DNA of 58,169 nucleotides, filler included, from Sluysia triapertura (taxonomy: Eukaryota), in NCBI GenBank assembly GCA_046118255.1. It is 4 parts of 4 records of this genome, joined end to end, with 100 filler letters (N's around TTAATTAATTAA, not from the genome) between each part and the next. Parts side by side here need not be neighbours in the genome. Positions count along the whole stretch, not along the records: positions 1 to 13,207 come from JBJNIA010052998.1; 3 more parts are not named here. One strand, 5' to 3'. Both the position numbers and the translations under genes were made by a program. Below are positions 1 to 12,653 of the stretch, piece by piece (the first letter of the stretch is position 1; every line of letters starts with the position of its first letter). Below the pieces are notes generated by a model that saw only the letters and a list, made by a program, of their open reading frames with translations, searched no databases and was not told the DNA's origin.

Positions 1-139
1 TTTTGTAGATCATTAGAGACTTTAATAAACTCTGCCTTTTGAATATATATATATATATATATATATAAGTTTTTGTAAACTACTGAACAAGTTAGATTAA
101 AGATTTTACAACTAAATAAAACATTAAAACAATAATTTT

Positions 140-430
140 TCTTAACAACACCTTAATCTAAGGGTTGTGTAAAATACTAAAATAACATTTTTTCATACAT
201 CTCATTAAGAAAGTTGTGTAATTTATTTTTATTAACACCTTAATAAAAGGGTTGTGAAACCTAACTAAAATCAAGAAACTTAAATAGTCAATTTGAGTTT
301 TATTTAGTTGCAACTTAAGTTAAGTACTAAAATTCCAAAAAACCTAATAATACGTCTCCAAGTTTGGTATAAAGCTTATGTATTAGGCGGACCGACCTGT
401 CGGATAATTTGTTTAAGTATAAGAAAATAC
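140..430 (+). mobile_element. LTR 3'-part fragment, same family as the LTR at 49667-50652
   Basis: cctaataatacgtctcca...ggtataaagc...attaggcggaccga...gataatttg (343-411) and the aacaccttaa..aagggttg motifs match the reverse complement of ~49700-49990. Confidence 0.75.
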
Positions 431-1136
431 TAGCAATTATTTTATAATAATAAATAATAATTTTATATTTTTTTTCAAAATATCTTTAAAGAAAATCAGG
501 GTCACGACCCCCATAAAGCAAAAAGTATTTGCACAACGCCAATTATAACAAACAATATATAATCCTCATAGATGTGGTAATGATAATGACCATAGTTGTA
601 ATAGAGTCTAAAATAATTATTAAACAATAATAATGTAAAGAGAAAGATATGAAAAAAGATGAGTTAATTTCTAAGTTAAATATTAAATCGCGATACCCAC
701 TATTCTGAATAAGTATAACGGCACACAACATTTGATTGGATCCGTAATATTAAATGTTATCATTATTTCGGAAGCCCTCTCGTAGAACTTGAACTGTCAA
801 AACTTCGAGCTCTAATCATTGTTAGTTGAAATAATTCGTAAATTTTACTCATTTAAGCTTTTCCCTTCATTAATTTAAAGAATAAATTTGCACTTAAATT
901 AATAACATTTTGCAACTAATGTAAAAATAGTGACAAAATCCATTTAAAATACATTTAAAGTATTAAGGAAAAACAAGCACTAAAACCTTTAAAGCCGGCT
1001 AACCCGTTTTTAAAGAAATAATAAGTTTTCTTAAAATTTTATTTATTATATATAATCAACCAAAATTTCGTATTTCATTAGCTTATTTATTTATAATTTT
1101 CATGTACAATTATGTTTTTCTTCTCTTTACAGACAG

Positions 1137-2424
1137 ATGCAAGCAAAAATATTGAATCAACCCAAAAATTTTTATGTCCCTGCTTTCTTTTCTTGTCCCA
1201 TTGAGACTCCTAATAACCTTAAATCCGAATTAAATCTTAACTTAGCCACTCACATTTTTTCATTAACCCCCGATTCATCTTTTGTGTTGTTGGATGGTTT
1301 TTCTCAAATTCCTGATTCAATAGACTCTTTATTTGGTTGTGGCACGAGGTTACACTGGTAGATAACAGAGCTCCATTCATTACTCATGTCCACATGTTTT
1401 CTTCGTTATATATTTCGAACATACATAGAAAGTGCAATGTAATTGTGGAGGCTACCGAATATCCGATATCAATCGCCTTTCTATTTCCTTTATCAACCTC
1501 TTCCTTTCAGTACTTCCTTCCCAATCTCTATAAGGACGACACCGCTAATTTTACACACGTTCCACCCATGTCTGCCTACGATGAGGACCGCTTGGTTTTC
1601 ATTGGGTATTCATACGCCTATGATTTTTTGGACTGCCTTCATATTACTCAAATATCTTGCGTCCCATACTCCAAGCAATACCATACTGACATAAACATAA
1701 AACCCCGTTTACGCATTAAGAACTTCGTACGGGATGTTCAGGAAATGAAAGACTGGGACATTTCCAAAACAAAGGATATTGACGACGTTCGTCCATTTTT
1801 GCTGAGACATCTTCATGATAAGATCAAGGTGTCCTTGAACCCATGTCTTATTATCCGAGAATTGAATCTGTCTTTCGGTTGGCTTAAAGGTCTTATTAAT
1901 CTGTCTAACAATAACCTCTTGTCATATACTACCGATAATGCAATTTTTGATTACTTTATCCCATACCTCCTCGAATGACATGCTCACGGATGTCTTTCGA
2001 GTTAGTTGCTTTGCTGGACCTAATACGTGAAAAAGATCTAACTTTTATTCCGAATTGTTCACTACCTCCGCCTTCACTTTTTTCCACTCTTACTACTCCT
2101 AATAATAATACTCTCGCAATACCGTCTGTTTCTCAAGCATCACCATTGGTAACCTCGAAAACGACATCACCGTCTATTTCTCAATCAACATCATTAGCAA
2201 ACTCGAAACCGGCATCGCCATCTACAGTTGAATCAAGGCCGATCAATTACACCATTGCCACCTTCGCAGCAATCAAAGTCACCACTCCACCTTCTCTCAT
2301 CAATCTCTCCACGAACAACACGTGTGCCGTTTGGGCCATATGCTTCTTTCCCACCATTGAAACGAGGAAAATATCAATCCATGAGCAGCCCAGCGAACCC
2401 AACTTCGTGGAACAGCGATTCTGA
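1137..2424 (+). pseudogene. LTR-retroelement accessory ORF (~430 codons, two frameshifts), unknown function, Ser/Thr/Pro-rich C-terminus
   Basis: ORFs 1137-1361, 1337-1978 and 1975-2424 align colinearly with the minus-strand copy at ~50800-52150 (LKSELN..ATHIF; EDRL.F; KPR.RI.NF; KDIDD; VSLNP; ELV.LLD.IRE). Preceded by acceptor-like tttttcttctctttacag; followed by a PPT. Confidence 0.8.
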
Positions 2425-2476
2425 CGTACCTATTTTACTTATTACATTTCACGTTTTATGTTATGTGTTACTATGA

Positions 2477-2630
2477 TTCGGGACGAATCTTCCCTAATGG
2501 GGAAGTATTTGTAGATATTATATTTGTATTATATTTGTGAATATTGTAATTAACAATGGACATTATAATTTTTATTTGTATATTTTTATGTGCTATTAAA
2601 TTTTTATGTACTATTAAAAATAAAATCATC
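2477..2630 (+). mobile_element. Polypurine-tract region and start of a 3' LTR (TGT at 2510); right boundary uncertain
   Basis: ttcgggacgaatcttccctaatggggaagtatt|TGTAGA; counterpart on the minus strand at 50688-50647: ttcgaggacgaatcttcccgaaagggaaagtaatt|TGTAAA. Confidence 0.7.
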
Positions 2631-3569
2631 ATTTATTGGAATTATTTCGTTAATAAAATAATTTATCGAGAAAATAGAATAATTCTTAATAAAACAATTT
2701 ATAATTAACAAATAGTAAACAGAAATCCAATGGAACAATTTTTAAATGATTAACAATCATAATGATTATTGAAAAACATATATTATAATCTTAACTACAA
2801 TATTTATGAAAATAAATGATTATTAAAAAGCATGTTTAAATAATATTTAATTTTTAACTGACATCGACATAAAAGCTTAATCAATATATAAGCAATTCTC
2901 TAAAAAAATTTTGCACTCACAGAAAAAATACAATTTGAAAAAGAGTCATCAGTTTCGTTTTCAAAAAAGACATAGTTCAATTCTACTAAGGTTTAATCGT
3001 TTGGAAATTTTATACAAGTCCTCTTAATTATATTCTTAATTATACTAGAACATCATTTTAGTGGAAAATTCAGATGCTGTTCCGCGGAAATTATACTTTG
3101 GAGAAAAAATTATTATGACATTATCTCATAAACTAATTTTAAGTAAGCTAATTCTTTGTAGGTGCATGCATTTATAAAATTTGCATTAACGTATCACTTA
3201 AAATCATTTTTAATTTGAAATCCAAGAATTAATCCTGGATCAAAATCTTGACTAAACTCTATCAATTTGTTCATTTATTTTTTGAAAAGAAATCTTGATT
3301 ACATAAAGAAAAAGATATTATAATATTGTTATAAGTAGTTATAAAGTGAAATAAAGTTGTTAGAATATTGTTATAAGTTTGCTATAAAGTTGTTTACACA
3401 AAATAAAGTTATTATTAAAGTTCTTAAAAGAAGTAGGTTATAAGATAATAGTTTTAACATTATTCGTAAAGGAATTAGATCACAAGGGAATCGTTTCAGA
3501 CTACTGATTATAAAGAAAGATTAATTTCAGTAAACACATTAGAAAAATTCGACCCTCTCATTTCATTTC

Positions 3570-3663
3570 AAGAGTTAGATTTGCCTTTCATAGATTTGAC
3601 TAAATCCTGTGAGCACGTCCTTTTCGCAAGATAAGCCGTGTGACACAGGCGGCCCATTTTACA
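3570..3663 (+). repeat. Dispersed repeat, probable LTR 3' end (related copy at ~7220-7295)
   Basis: taaatcct..acgtcc..cgt.tgac..aggcgg(a)ccca shared with 7238-7291; ends in ...ttttaca. Confidence 0.45.
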
Positions 3664-3956
3664 GTAATTTTTATAATTATTTTTGTAAAAAAAGAACAAA
3701 ATTAATGCTCACATTAAATGAATTCAATATATGAAGTCTTCTATCATATACCTCATCCGAATATGATAATGGAAATATAGTATGCAACATTCAAAGAAAC
3801 GATTATTTAAAAAAAGATGTTAGATTAAAAGACCGATATGATATGTCTCAATACTTTAAAGACCAGAATAAATATTCAATAATTATAAAATTTCCTAACC
3901 TAGTGTTGATAATGAATTAAAAGTTTGTTTTCGGTAAATTAGTTCAACTACGAAAC

Positions 3957-4621
3957 ATGATTACAAGTTCCAATGAACAATGTTTTACAGATCAATTCAA
4001 GCAGTCTAGTTTTAATCACGTGCATTTATGGTACTGTAAAATGGTTAATAAAAATAAAGATGCTCACACATCAAGCATGCCGAAACATGATCAAGTTTTA
4101 GAAATTGCAATTAATAAAATTTTATACATTTACAAATTAGTTTGTACAAACATTGTAGATATTGATTCGAGTGTCATGACAAAAAGCAACACCAGTAGTA
4201 AAGTACATTTCCAAATCTATTCAAGATTCTTCAATGAAAACAGCAATCCTTTTTCTATCAAGAATCAATCTTACACCAACGAACACCAATACTACAAGAA
4301 CTCTATTTGCCTATATGAATCTAATCCACTGGCGAATGTTAGAGATATGGTAGAAAGTGTAACTATTGCCATCACGCATATGAAATAAGATATGATATTG
4401 GTTCCACATTGAACTTCGACATTCATCTAGACAGGATCAGTGTCGTATTATCAAGTTTGTCGATCTTATCCGACATGGAAAATTCCACTATTAGTATCAT
4501 TAACGTCGGTCAAGCTACTATGTCATTGGACACAGTGATTCAAGAGGACTCTAAAGTAATCTTACAAGTTATTTCATTTTATTTTGTTATATTTTCAATT
4601 TTTATGTTTATACCTTTTTAG
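3957..4621 (+). pseudogene. Degenerate multicopy gene, possibly derived from a retropepsin fold
   Basis: ORFs 3957-4388 and 4409-4621; LNFDIHL recurs as LNFDINL at ~24842; FFNENSNPFSI resembles FCNVNNTPFDI at ~28450; probable short intron gttatttc...tttttag at 4568-4621. Confidence 0.4.
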
Positions 4622-6303
4622 AAGTTTAATCAAAGAAAAGCCAAGGTGTATTCAGGAAATAATTAACCAGTGTAAGAAAAATTTCAAATTAGATTTAACT
4701 TTAATAAAAATAAATTTGTTTAGATTATTTTTTGTCATTTTTGTACTTTTAAAATTCTAGATTGAATTTTGTAATAGATTTTTTTGTAGAAGATAATATA
4801 AAAAGTAATTTGAAATTTGTTTTAAAGTTCACGAAAATTTATTAATAATTTTGATAAAAAACTTGTGGTTATTATATTTATCTTAAAAACATATGTCAAT
4901 AATAGCATATATGACCAAGCGTATAAATTTCTTTTTGTTAAAATCTCTTTGGGACGAATTATTGTAAATTTAGTAAACATATAATTTATTGTTTTACAGA
5001 CTGTTTAGGAATCTGTTTGACACTTGAAACTCGAGTTATATTCATTCGAACAATAGCTATATAATAACCAAAGCATAAGGATTGTAGTTATCATTAATTC
5101 ATTTTTTCATATAATTTGGAAGTAAATTTAAATATAAATTGTAAGTATTTATATGTAATTTATCGATTTTTTAATATGCCTCTTAGGCAATAAATAAATA
5201 TTAATTTTTGCATATTTGTTTTATTTTCAGATACGATGGAAAATTAGTGGTAGCAACAGGAGCAACAGCAACAGTGGATGCAGTAAAAGCAAAAGCAGTA
5301 GTAGTAATTGTAATAATAATAGTAGTAGTAATTTGTGTTATCATTCTACATGAATAAGATGTTTTAGATTTCAGTATTTTCATCTATTATTTAACTTTCA
5401 CTAGAATTTTGAGAAAGTCGTTGTTTTCCAACATTTTACAACAATGTTTTTGTGAACTTGTATTTATACACTTTTGATTAATAGTTTCATCGTATCCTTG
5501 AAAAATGTTGAATTTTATAACAAAATGGTCTTTTAATAGAATCACCTTTTCATATGAACCATGATGTGTTAGAAATTTGTCTGGTTCTTTATCAGCTTTA
5601 TGAAATTTTTATGTTTGCGAATTTTATCAGATTCATTATGTCGTTTAATATCTCGGTAAGGACTTCGCTTATCACCTGATCGATGATGATTTTTTGGACT
5701 TTGTTCTTTACCCCGTCTAATACCAATATCTTGGACTAGCATTAGAAGAAAATAAAACTGTAATAAAATATAAAAATAGTGAAAAAGAATAAACACGCAT
5801 CCAGAAGTGGAGACACATGCATAACATATGGACATCATTCAAACAAAAAAGAAGTAAAGGTAAAATAGAGTAATTTTAACAATAAAAGTTATAATGATAA
5901 CAATATTATCTGTAATAATTTGTTGCAGCTCCAGTTAATCCAAAATCGGATATTTTCAGTCGAAAATTATTATCAGTGAGAACATTTCGAGAACATGTTT
6001 GATTTCAAATAAGACATTCCATTTAGAACATTTGCATAAAACCATGAAAACCAAAAATATTTGGATCATAATTATCATTTCCTTTTTTTAAATTTAAGAA
6101 ATATTTTAAGATCTTTAGAATAATTTTATAATACTACAAACAATTATAATACATAAAAATTGAAGGACAATGACAATAATGTTTTACATTTTTGTGGTTT
6201 ATTAAGTTGCGGTCTTAACTTCATATTTGTAAATAATAAAGCTTATAACAGCTCTAAAATAATTTTTAAAATAAACAGTGAAAAGATATAGTTCGAAAAA
6301 AAA

Positions 6304-6460
6304 AGTTAATTGAACTGATTTATTGGAACAGTCGATTTAATTGTTGGAGCATTCGATTTAATTGGAATTGATTACGAGTTAATTGAACTGATTATTGGAA
6401 CAGTCGATTTAATTGTTGGAACATTCGATTTAATTGGAATTGATTACAATTCGATTTAAT
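6304..6460. repeat. Tandem duplication, ~73-bp unit x2, with internal tcgatttaat subrepeats
   Basis: agttaattgaactgatt...ggaacagtcgatttaattgttgga.cattcgatttaattggaattgattac at 6304 and 6377. Confidence 0.9.
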
Positions 6461-7579
6461 CACTCAAGTTGCTGATCACCGTCTTTTCAATTTGGCTTTT
6501 TTGTGCTCGAGATCGATTTAGTAAGCTTTTTATTATAGGTTATAGACCCGATTATAAACGGTCTCAAAATCTACTAAAAATCTATACACATTCATAGATA
6601 CTCACGATTAAAAATCCTGAGTCAAAATCCACTTAACCTACAAATTGTATATTGCTATTATAATCATATTACTTTATTAAATTGAAATTTTATTGTCATT
6701 ATAAAAATTGACCACACTGTTTAGCCGAAATTTTGTCTATATTATTTAAGTTGAAATTTTGATTAAGTTATTATTATAATTATCTGTCGAATTCTTATTG
6801 TGTTATAAAGCCATTCATATTATTGTTTTATAAAAATTGTATTATTATTTAGTAATAAAAATTTACGAAACTAGAGTTCCTTTTTCATTATAATTTTGAA
6901 AATTGTTAATAGTTATAAAAGATAGAAAGAAAAAAGGATTTTAAAAAATTTAGAAGAATTAGTTCATTGCTTAAGGATTTAATTAAAGAAGTTTTATCAA
7001 TTAAAAGAGTTCTTTAAGATTGAGTAATTTAGACTAAAGAAAAAACATTAATAGATAATTTTAAAAAGAATTGAAAGCATATAAATATAAGAATTAAAGT
7101 AATTCTTAAATCAGGTTATTAATAGACATTTTATAAGATAAAGATTATTAAATATAGACTTACGCACAAGATAAATTAAATATTATAAAAGAAGATAAAA
7201 ATCGTAGCATTCTTACACTAGCATTTGACAAAGCTTTAAAATCCTACGCAGACGTCCATTACAGGTAAATCGTTTGACGTAGGCGGACCCAAAATATAAA
7301 TTTATCATTTTTATAATTGTTCGAAAGGTTAAAAAACCGAACAATAAGCTTAATCTTCTTCATGATTCATGATGATTCATTTCAAAAACTCGACATCATC
7401 GATATTATTTCTATAAAATGATCCAAAGTTGCGATATTTAAGATTTATTTATTTATTTATTATGACTATATTTTGTCAACCTTTTATATTTTACAAAAGT
7501 TTAAATTTAGATAATTTCCGCAAAAATTATACATTTGCACAATAAATAAAACTATTCAATTTTCTGATAATAATTGTAT

Positions 7580-8040
7580 TGGTTCTCGAATGTCCCACCC
7601 ATAAACACATCATTCTCTTATTCTGTTTAGGGTTTGAAGGTACAGGTTGTTCGAGTTCACACCACGCTTTTCTTACGATGTTTTTGTAAGTAACCTACTT
7701 CTCATTCACAATTATCCAGTCTAAGAAGGGTTCGATTTCCTTCCGATTCAATCATTCTCATGCAGCAACCAACCACACCAGTCCTAGTATCCGAATATGA
7801 TCCGAAATGGTTTCCACAAGCTCTAACATGACTTTGATAGCATCGTAATCGATCAAAGATGGCCGCTCAGAGCGTGGTTTATCAATAAGGTCGAAATCAC
7901 GTTTTTAAATTTATCTAACCGTCTCTTAAATGTCTTATCCGAAAGTGTACTTTCACAAAACATATTCAATAAATTTTTACAAGTTAATTAGCGCTTCTTC
8001 CTTCTTAGAATTCGTACAAAATACAGTGGCGTAAATGAAC
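7580..8040 (-). mobile_element. mariner-family transposase remnant
   Basis: Minus-strand fragments HLRHCILYEF, DFDLIDKPRSERPS and PFLDWIIVNEK*VTYKNIVRK match the mariner HTH region and TGDEKW region; many stops and deletions. Confidence 0.85.
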
Positions 8041-8189
8041 TTTATCAGTAACAATGTTTACATAACATACTAACATAAGTCATCTTCGTTTTAGTTAATT
8101 TACAAGGTCATACATGTATACAGCCATATATGAGGCAGCCATACATGCCTCAAATTAATATACGCTAATAATATTTACAAAGATTATTT

Positions 8190-8540
8190 CGAGGAAAGTT
8201 TGTTTATGCCAAATAACGATCCTAAACACAAGTAAATTGTGCAAAAATTATTTAGAACAATTAGAGCAACGTCAAATCCTTAAACTTATGAAATGGCCAC
8301 CTCAGTCTCCAGATCTCAACCCCATCGATTTGTTCTGGGATGAGCTTGATAAAACATATTGAATCCGGATCTGAGGAAAATCGAGGAAAATATTTTGATG
8401 AAGCGAAAGTTTAATTTTTGTCGAACACTTAAATTTTGATTTTGATTTTTATAAATTAATTAATATACATATTTGTGAAAAAAATGTTTCCTAATGTTTT
8501 TTTAAATTTATATCCTGCTACAAACTTTTCGCCGATACTT
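8190..8540 (+). mobile_element. Tc1-family transposase C-terminal remnant with probable right TIR
   Basis: NDPKH..KLCKNYLEQ...MKWPPQSPDLNPIDLFWDELD; caaacttttcgccgatact at ~8521-8539 resembles a Tc1 terminus. Confidence 0.9.
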
Positions 8541-8772
8541 TATGTTGAAATTTGATATTGTACTATCGAATAGGACCTTCTCAGCATCCCTGAAACGTAC
8601 CCTATGCCACATAATTCACTATAATAATGTAATCCTAATAATACCTGATTTAAGTTTAAGCAGAATTCATACACTAAATTTTAATTGGATTTTGTTGAAC
8701 AATTTGAATAAAAAATGATTTTAGGAAACCTTGTGGCGATAGCTAACCGCGCAAATATTGCATGTGGAGAAA

Positions 8773-9480
8773 CTAATCTATTGATGAACAATCAAAATGT
8801 GGAATTTTAACAACTGACGCAATAATTGTAGTCATCCAGAAACTGAAAAGTTTCACATTAGTAGGTACATAAAACTGTCCAAAATAACAAAAATGCATAT
8901 TTAACATACAAAAGCAAAAAGAACATGCGGTAAAAAGATATACTTGTTTAGAAGCTTTCCAGAAATGGTACTTTTTTGTGAATAATGTTTCAGTGCAGAA
9001 TGCTATGTCCAAGTTGAAATTTTGTATATTTGAAGGTATGATTAGACGTAGTTCATGCAAGGAAAGCTTTATTATTGAGCAAAGTCAATTTTATGAAATT
9101 GTGTGTCTGAGAATGAGAACCTTCAATATTTTCCATTAGAAAACTGGGTATGCAAAACTGAAAATCAAATGAATTCTACATTCATTATTTTTATGCTAAC
9201 AATACTGATGATTGTCATTTAATGTGGGAAGTAATTTAAGTAACAATAAATCAATTTTGTGTTTTGTACTTAATAAAGTGTGACAGGTCGAACCATATGA
9301 TTGTCAAAGCTGTTATGATCGCTTTAATCTTCAAAAGAGGTTCTAAGGATTCGTGCGAGTGTTTGATTGTGAAATTCAAGAGTGATTGGATAATGAGAAA
9401 GTATAAAAGGAAATGCTTAAAAACTTAAAACGTATCAATACGAGAAAGAAAATCAATGTTCCATGATTGGTAAAGTTTTG
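8773..9480 (-). pseudogene. Degenerate multicopy gene family 'X' (copy 1)
   Basis: Nucleotide similarity to 37360-38040 (gaatgagaac...ttttccattagaaaa.tg; LEPLLKIKAIIT..IIWFDLS vs SEHLLKIRTTLT..ITWYDLS) and to 16490-16630 (gctttccttgcatgaact..catagcattc). Confidence 0.6.
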
Positions 9481-10269
9481 TTTATTTTATTTATTATTAT
9501 TAAATTTTAAAATCTAAAAATTAAAATTTTTTGGAGGATTACATTGTAGGTCTTTCTTAGATTTGGATTTTCGGGAAATTTGCAAATTACTTTTATCATT
9601 CAGATATTTACTTGAATTATTTTATTCCTATTATTATAGTGATGTGAAATTTCTCTTGTGAGTTTCGTCAACCTTGTTTTATTAAATAGATTATGTAGTG
9701 TCCAACTCAATAATTCGAAATTTTAATTCAACAATTCACAACATTTTATAAGTCTAAACATTTTAGACATAAATTTCATAACATCAAATTTCCATCTACA
9801 AAAATTAATTTAAAACTTTATTCTCACCTTCTCAAAACATTTTTAATTCGTAACTTTACATCATTAAAACTACATTCATTTCAGATTAACGTACATTTAA
9901 AATTCATTAGAAACATTTTATTCATAGTTCCATAACAGTACAATCATAAGTATATTTGTTAACATACCACAAATGCCTTTTAGAATGTATCAAAACACCT
10001 GCTATATTTTATTTCAAATTCACTAAAATCATTTTCCATACCGCAAAACATTTTAATTCACAGTTGAAACTATCAATCCACATTTTTAACTCAACTATAA
10101 CATTTTTACGCATTATTTAATAACATTAAAATCACAATTACATCTCAAACTATCAAATTTACACCTTAAAGTCAATCGAACACATTACAAGCTTACAATC
10201 TTTTATCACTCAGTTCTAAGACATATATTAATCAAAGAAATTTAATTATGTTGAGAAGATTTTCAATAA

Positions 10270-10620
10270 ATGAAAGATCATGTAAGAGGAGTTTTAAGAT
10301 TTATGCATTTCGATTTTATTTTTATTTATTATTATTATTCCATTTTATTTACTGAATCAATTATAATTATCAACATTACTATCATTCAAGACACAATCTA
10401 TGCTAGCAACTGCCAGTAATTGATAGTTTTAATTTAAATATAACTGTATGACTGTATTAATTGTCAATCACTGACAGTGACATGAATTCAAGACTAAGAG
10501 ACAAAACACACAAAATTTCACCAAATCTATGATACCTCAGTACTAAAATTACGCTTCTTTGGATTGGACGTCCAATCATCACCAGTAACAAAAATAGCAA
10601 AATTTGATTTTATAAAGAGA
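10270..10620 (+). promoter_or_regulatory. Conserved terminal promoter cassette of element A
   Basis: aaagatcatgtaag..ttatgcattt, (TAT)n, agcaactgcca..tgacagtgacatg, perfect palindrome GATTGGACGTCCAATC (10562-10577), TATAAA at 10611, ATG at 10685. Confidence 0.7.
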
Positions 10621-10684
10621 CTAATTTGATAATGTTGCACCATTTTATTATGTTTACATTAATACTAATAATTACCAATAATTT

Positions 10685-11830
10685 ATGGCAGATTTTGGTA
10701 AGCATTTGTATGATATTGTAACTACTAATTATTCTTATCTTAATACCATGGTTGAATTTGGTTTACAGCACAGTTTAATCGAATCATTAGATGGAGATTT
10801 ATTGAAAGTAAAATCAGTTGATAACAGAAGAAACAATTACGTAATTGTTCCAAAGTGCGTGATTGAATTAATGAGTCAATCAAATGAAAGAAGCTCAAAT
10901 GATTATTACGATTTCGAAGTTTTACCAAAGTTTTATGCGGGCAAAACGATCAATACAGTATCATTTCTAATTCTTACCTATGGATTAATTTGTCACAATT
11001 GTATTTCTTATGAAACTGGTGGCACCAACGAAAACCTTGTTGCTATTTATAATGAAACGTTGAATAGATCTAGTGTTAAAAGCGAACAATACGATGATAA
11101 TGTAACATTAAAAGAAGCTGTGTATGATGTTTATAACAGCAAATGTCATGATGAAATAAAGCAGATAGTGGATAAAAGAATACGTAACTGTTTTCTATAT
11201 TTAGTTCTATATTTATATTGATTATACTGACGAAAGATTCGTTTGTTTGAGTGAGATGGCTAAGGATTTCATAAAAACATTATTAACTAGAAAAACAAAT
11301 GATCGATTACTATCTGAAGCTTGTTTGAAACATAAGTGGATCAAAATTAATTGGAGACTACTGACGATTATGTTTAATAATATGATGGCAAGGGCAAATG
11401 GTGATGGTCATACAGTTTATCATCAATTAGGAGGACCGATGGTATTTGAAAAATCGGAACAAAAAAGCTTAAGTCTTACTCGTACGTTGAAACAATCTTT
11501 TTCCGAAGTCGAACAGCAATATCCCGGATCTTCATTAAATTTCCTTATCAGAACTTTAAATCGATTGGGAATAGAAAATGATGTTGATATGGATGAAACA
11601 TCTATGACCGATTCTGGAGGAATTCGCAATATTCAAAGACCAATTTATAGTGTCTTGGAAAATCGTGTTCAGATTTTTAAAAAGTGTTAAGTAGAATACC
11701 AGATGAAATTAGTTACAGAAGAAGATTTTTAGATACTATGAAAGAGATTTCTGATGTTAATACAGAAAATGATGTAGATTTGATGGAAATGCGTGATGTT
11801 GTTCTAAGATTTAAATATATTAGTGGATAT
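10685..11830 (+). CDS. Divergent CAMK-group (DAPK/MLCK-like) kinase C-lobe-derived protein, probable pseudokinase; split over three frames
   Basis: ERFVCLSEMAKDFIKTLL..K..DRLLSEACLKHKWI fits kinase subdomains X-XI; VEFGL (DFG-like) and LTYGLI (subdomain IX-like) lie upstream; no VAIK or HRD seen. Confidence 0.55.
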
Positions 11831-12103
11831 TATTATTTTTTCATACGTGTTATTATTTACAAATTTAACTTGCAATGTTTTTATAGCTTTAAGGACCTTA
11901 AGTCCATTTTTTCTAACCTTAAATTTATACGTTTGAAAATTAAACTAAATAAAGACATTATTCTGCCATCACATATGTTCTTCAAAATCAAATGTATAGC
12001 TTAAATTTTAATTAAACATTAATAAAAACATAGTTCTAATAATAAAATTAAAAGTAAATTTACATTTTATGTTATTCCTTAATAATCTAATTCATTAAAA
12101 ATA

Positions 12104-12135
<32 letters not shown>

Positions 12136-12157
12136 GTTATTGTTTGAAAAAATTTAA

Positions 12158-12487
12158 TGTCTTCAACATTTTATAACACCACTGTATGATTTATTTGAAT
12201 CGCAAGACTATCAAGGTATACCTTATTCCTCATCTATACTCGATGCAATGAGTCAAGGTTATATCGATTTTGGTGGAATATTTAATAATAAAAATTCGAT
12301 CTTATTAGATAGTGATTATGTATTAATTGATAATACATTGATTTCATTGAAAAAGAAATATCTATCCAGAAATCGAGATCGTATTCGGATTCATTTATTA
12401 TCGTCAAGTGGAGTTATATCTGTTTTTAATAGTGATAAATTTAAATTTAAACTTTTTATTAATATTTATTTTGTGTTATGGTTTTAA
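12158..12487 (+). pseudogene. Second plus-strand cargo ORF of element A, unknown function
   Basis: ATG at 12158, then a frameshift into LYDLFESQDYQGIPYSSSILDAMSQGYIDFGG... Confidence 0.35.
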
Positions 12488-12653
12488 ATTTGTAATTTAA
12501 ATTCTGAGTAAATATGAATTTTATTTAATTAAAAATCACAATTTTGTAATTATGTTACGCTATTTTAATGTGAATCTCTTAAAATTTCTAATTAAATTTA
12601 AGTAAAACTAAACACAGTAACTTTACGTTAAAACTAAACAAGTCTTTGAATCT

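Noticed and set aside
498-514. PBS-like TGGGGGTCGTGACC on the minus strand
   Set aside because: No adjacent LTR end in the matching orientation could be demonstrated.
6304-6460. CRISPR-like repeat-spacer pattern (also 18003-18095 and 19561-19625)
   Set aside because: Simple tandem duplications without unique spacers, in a eukaryotic context with no cas genes.
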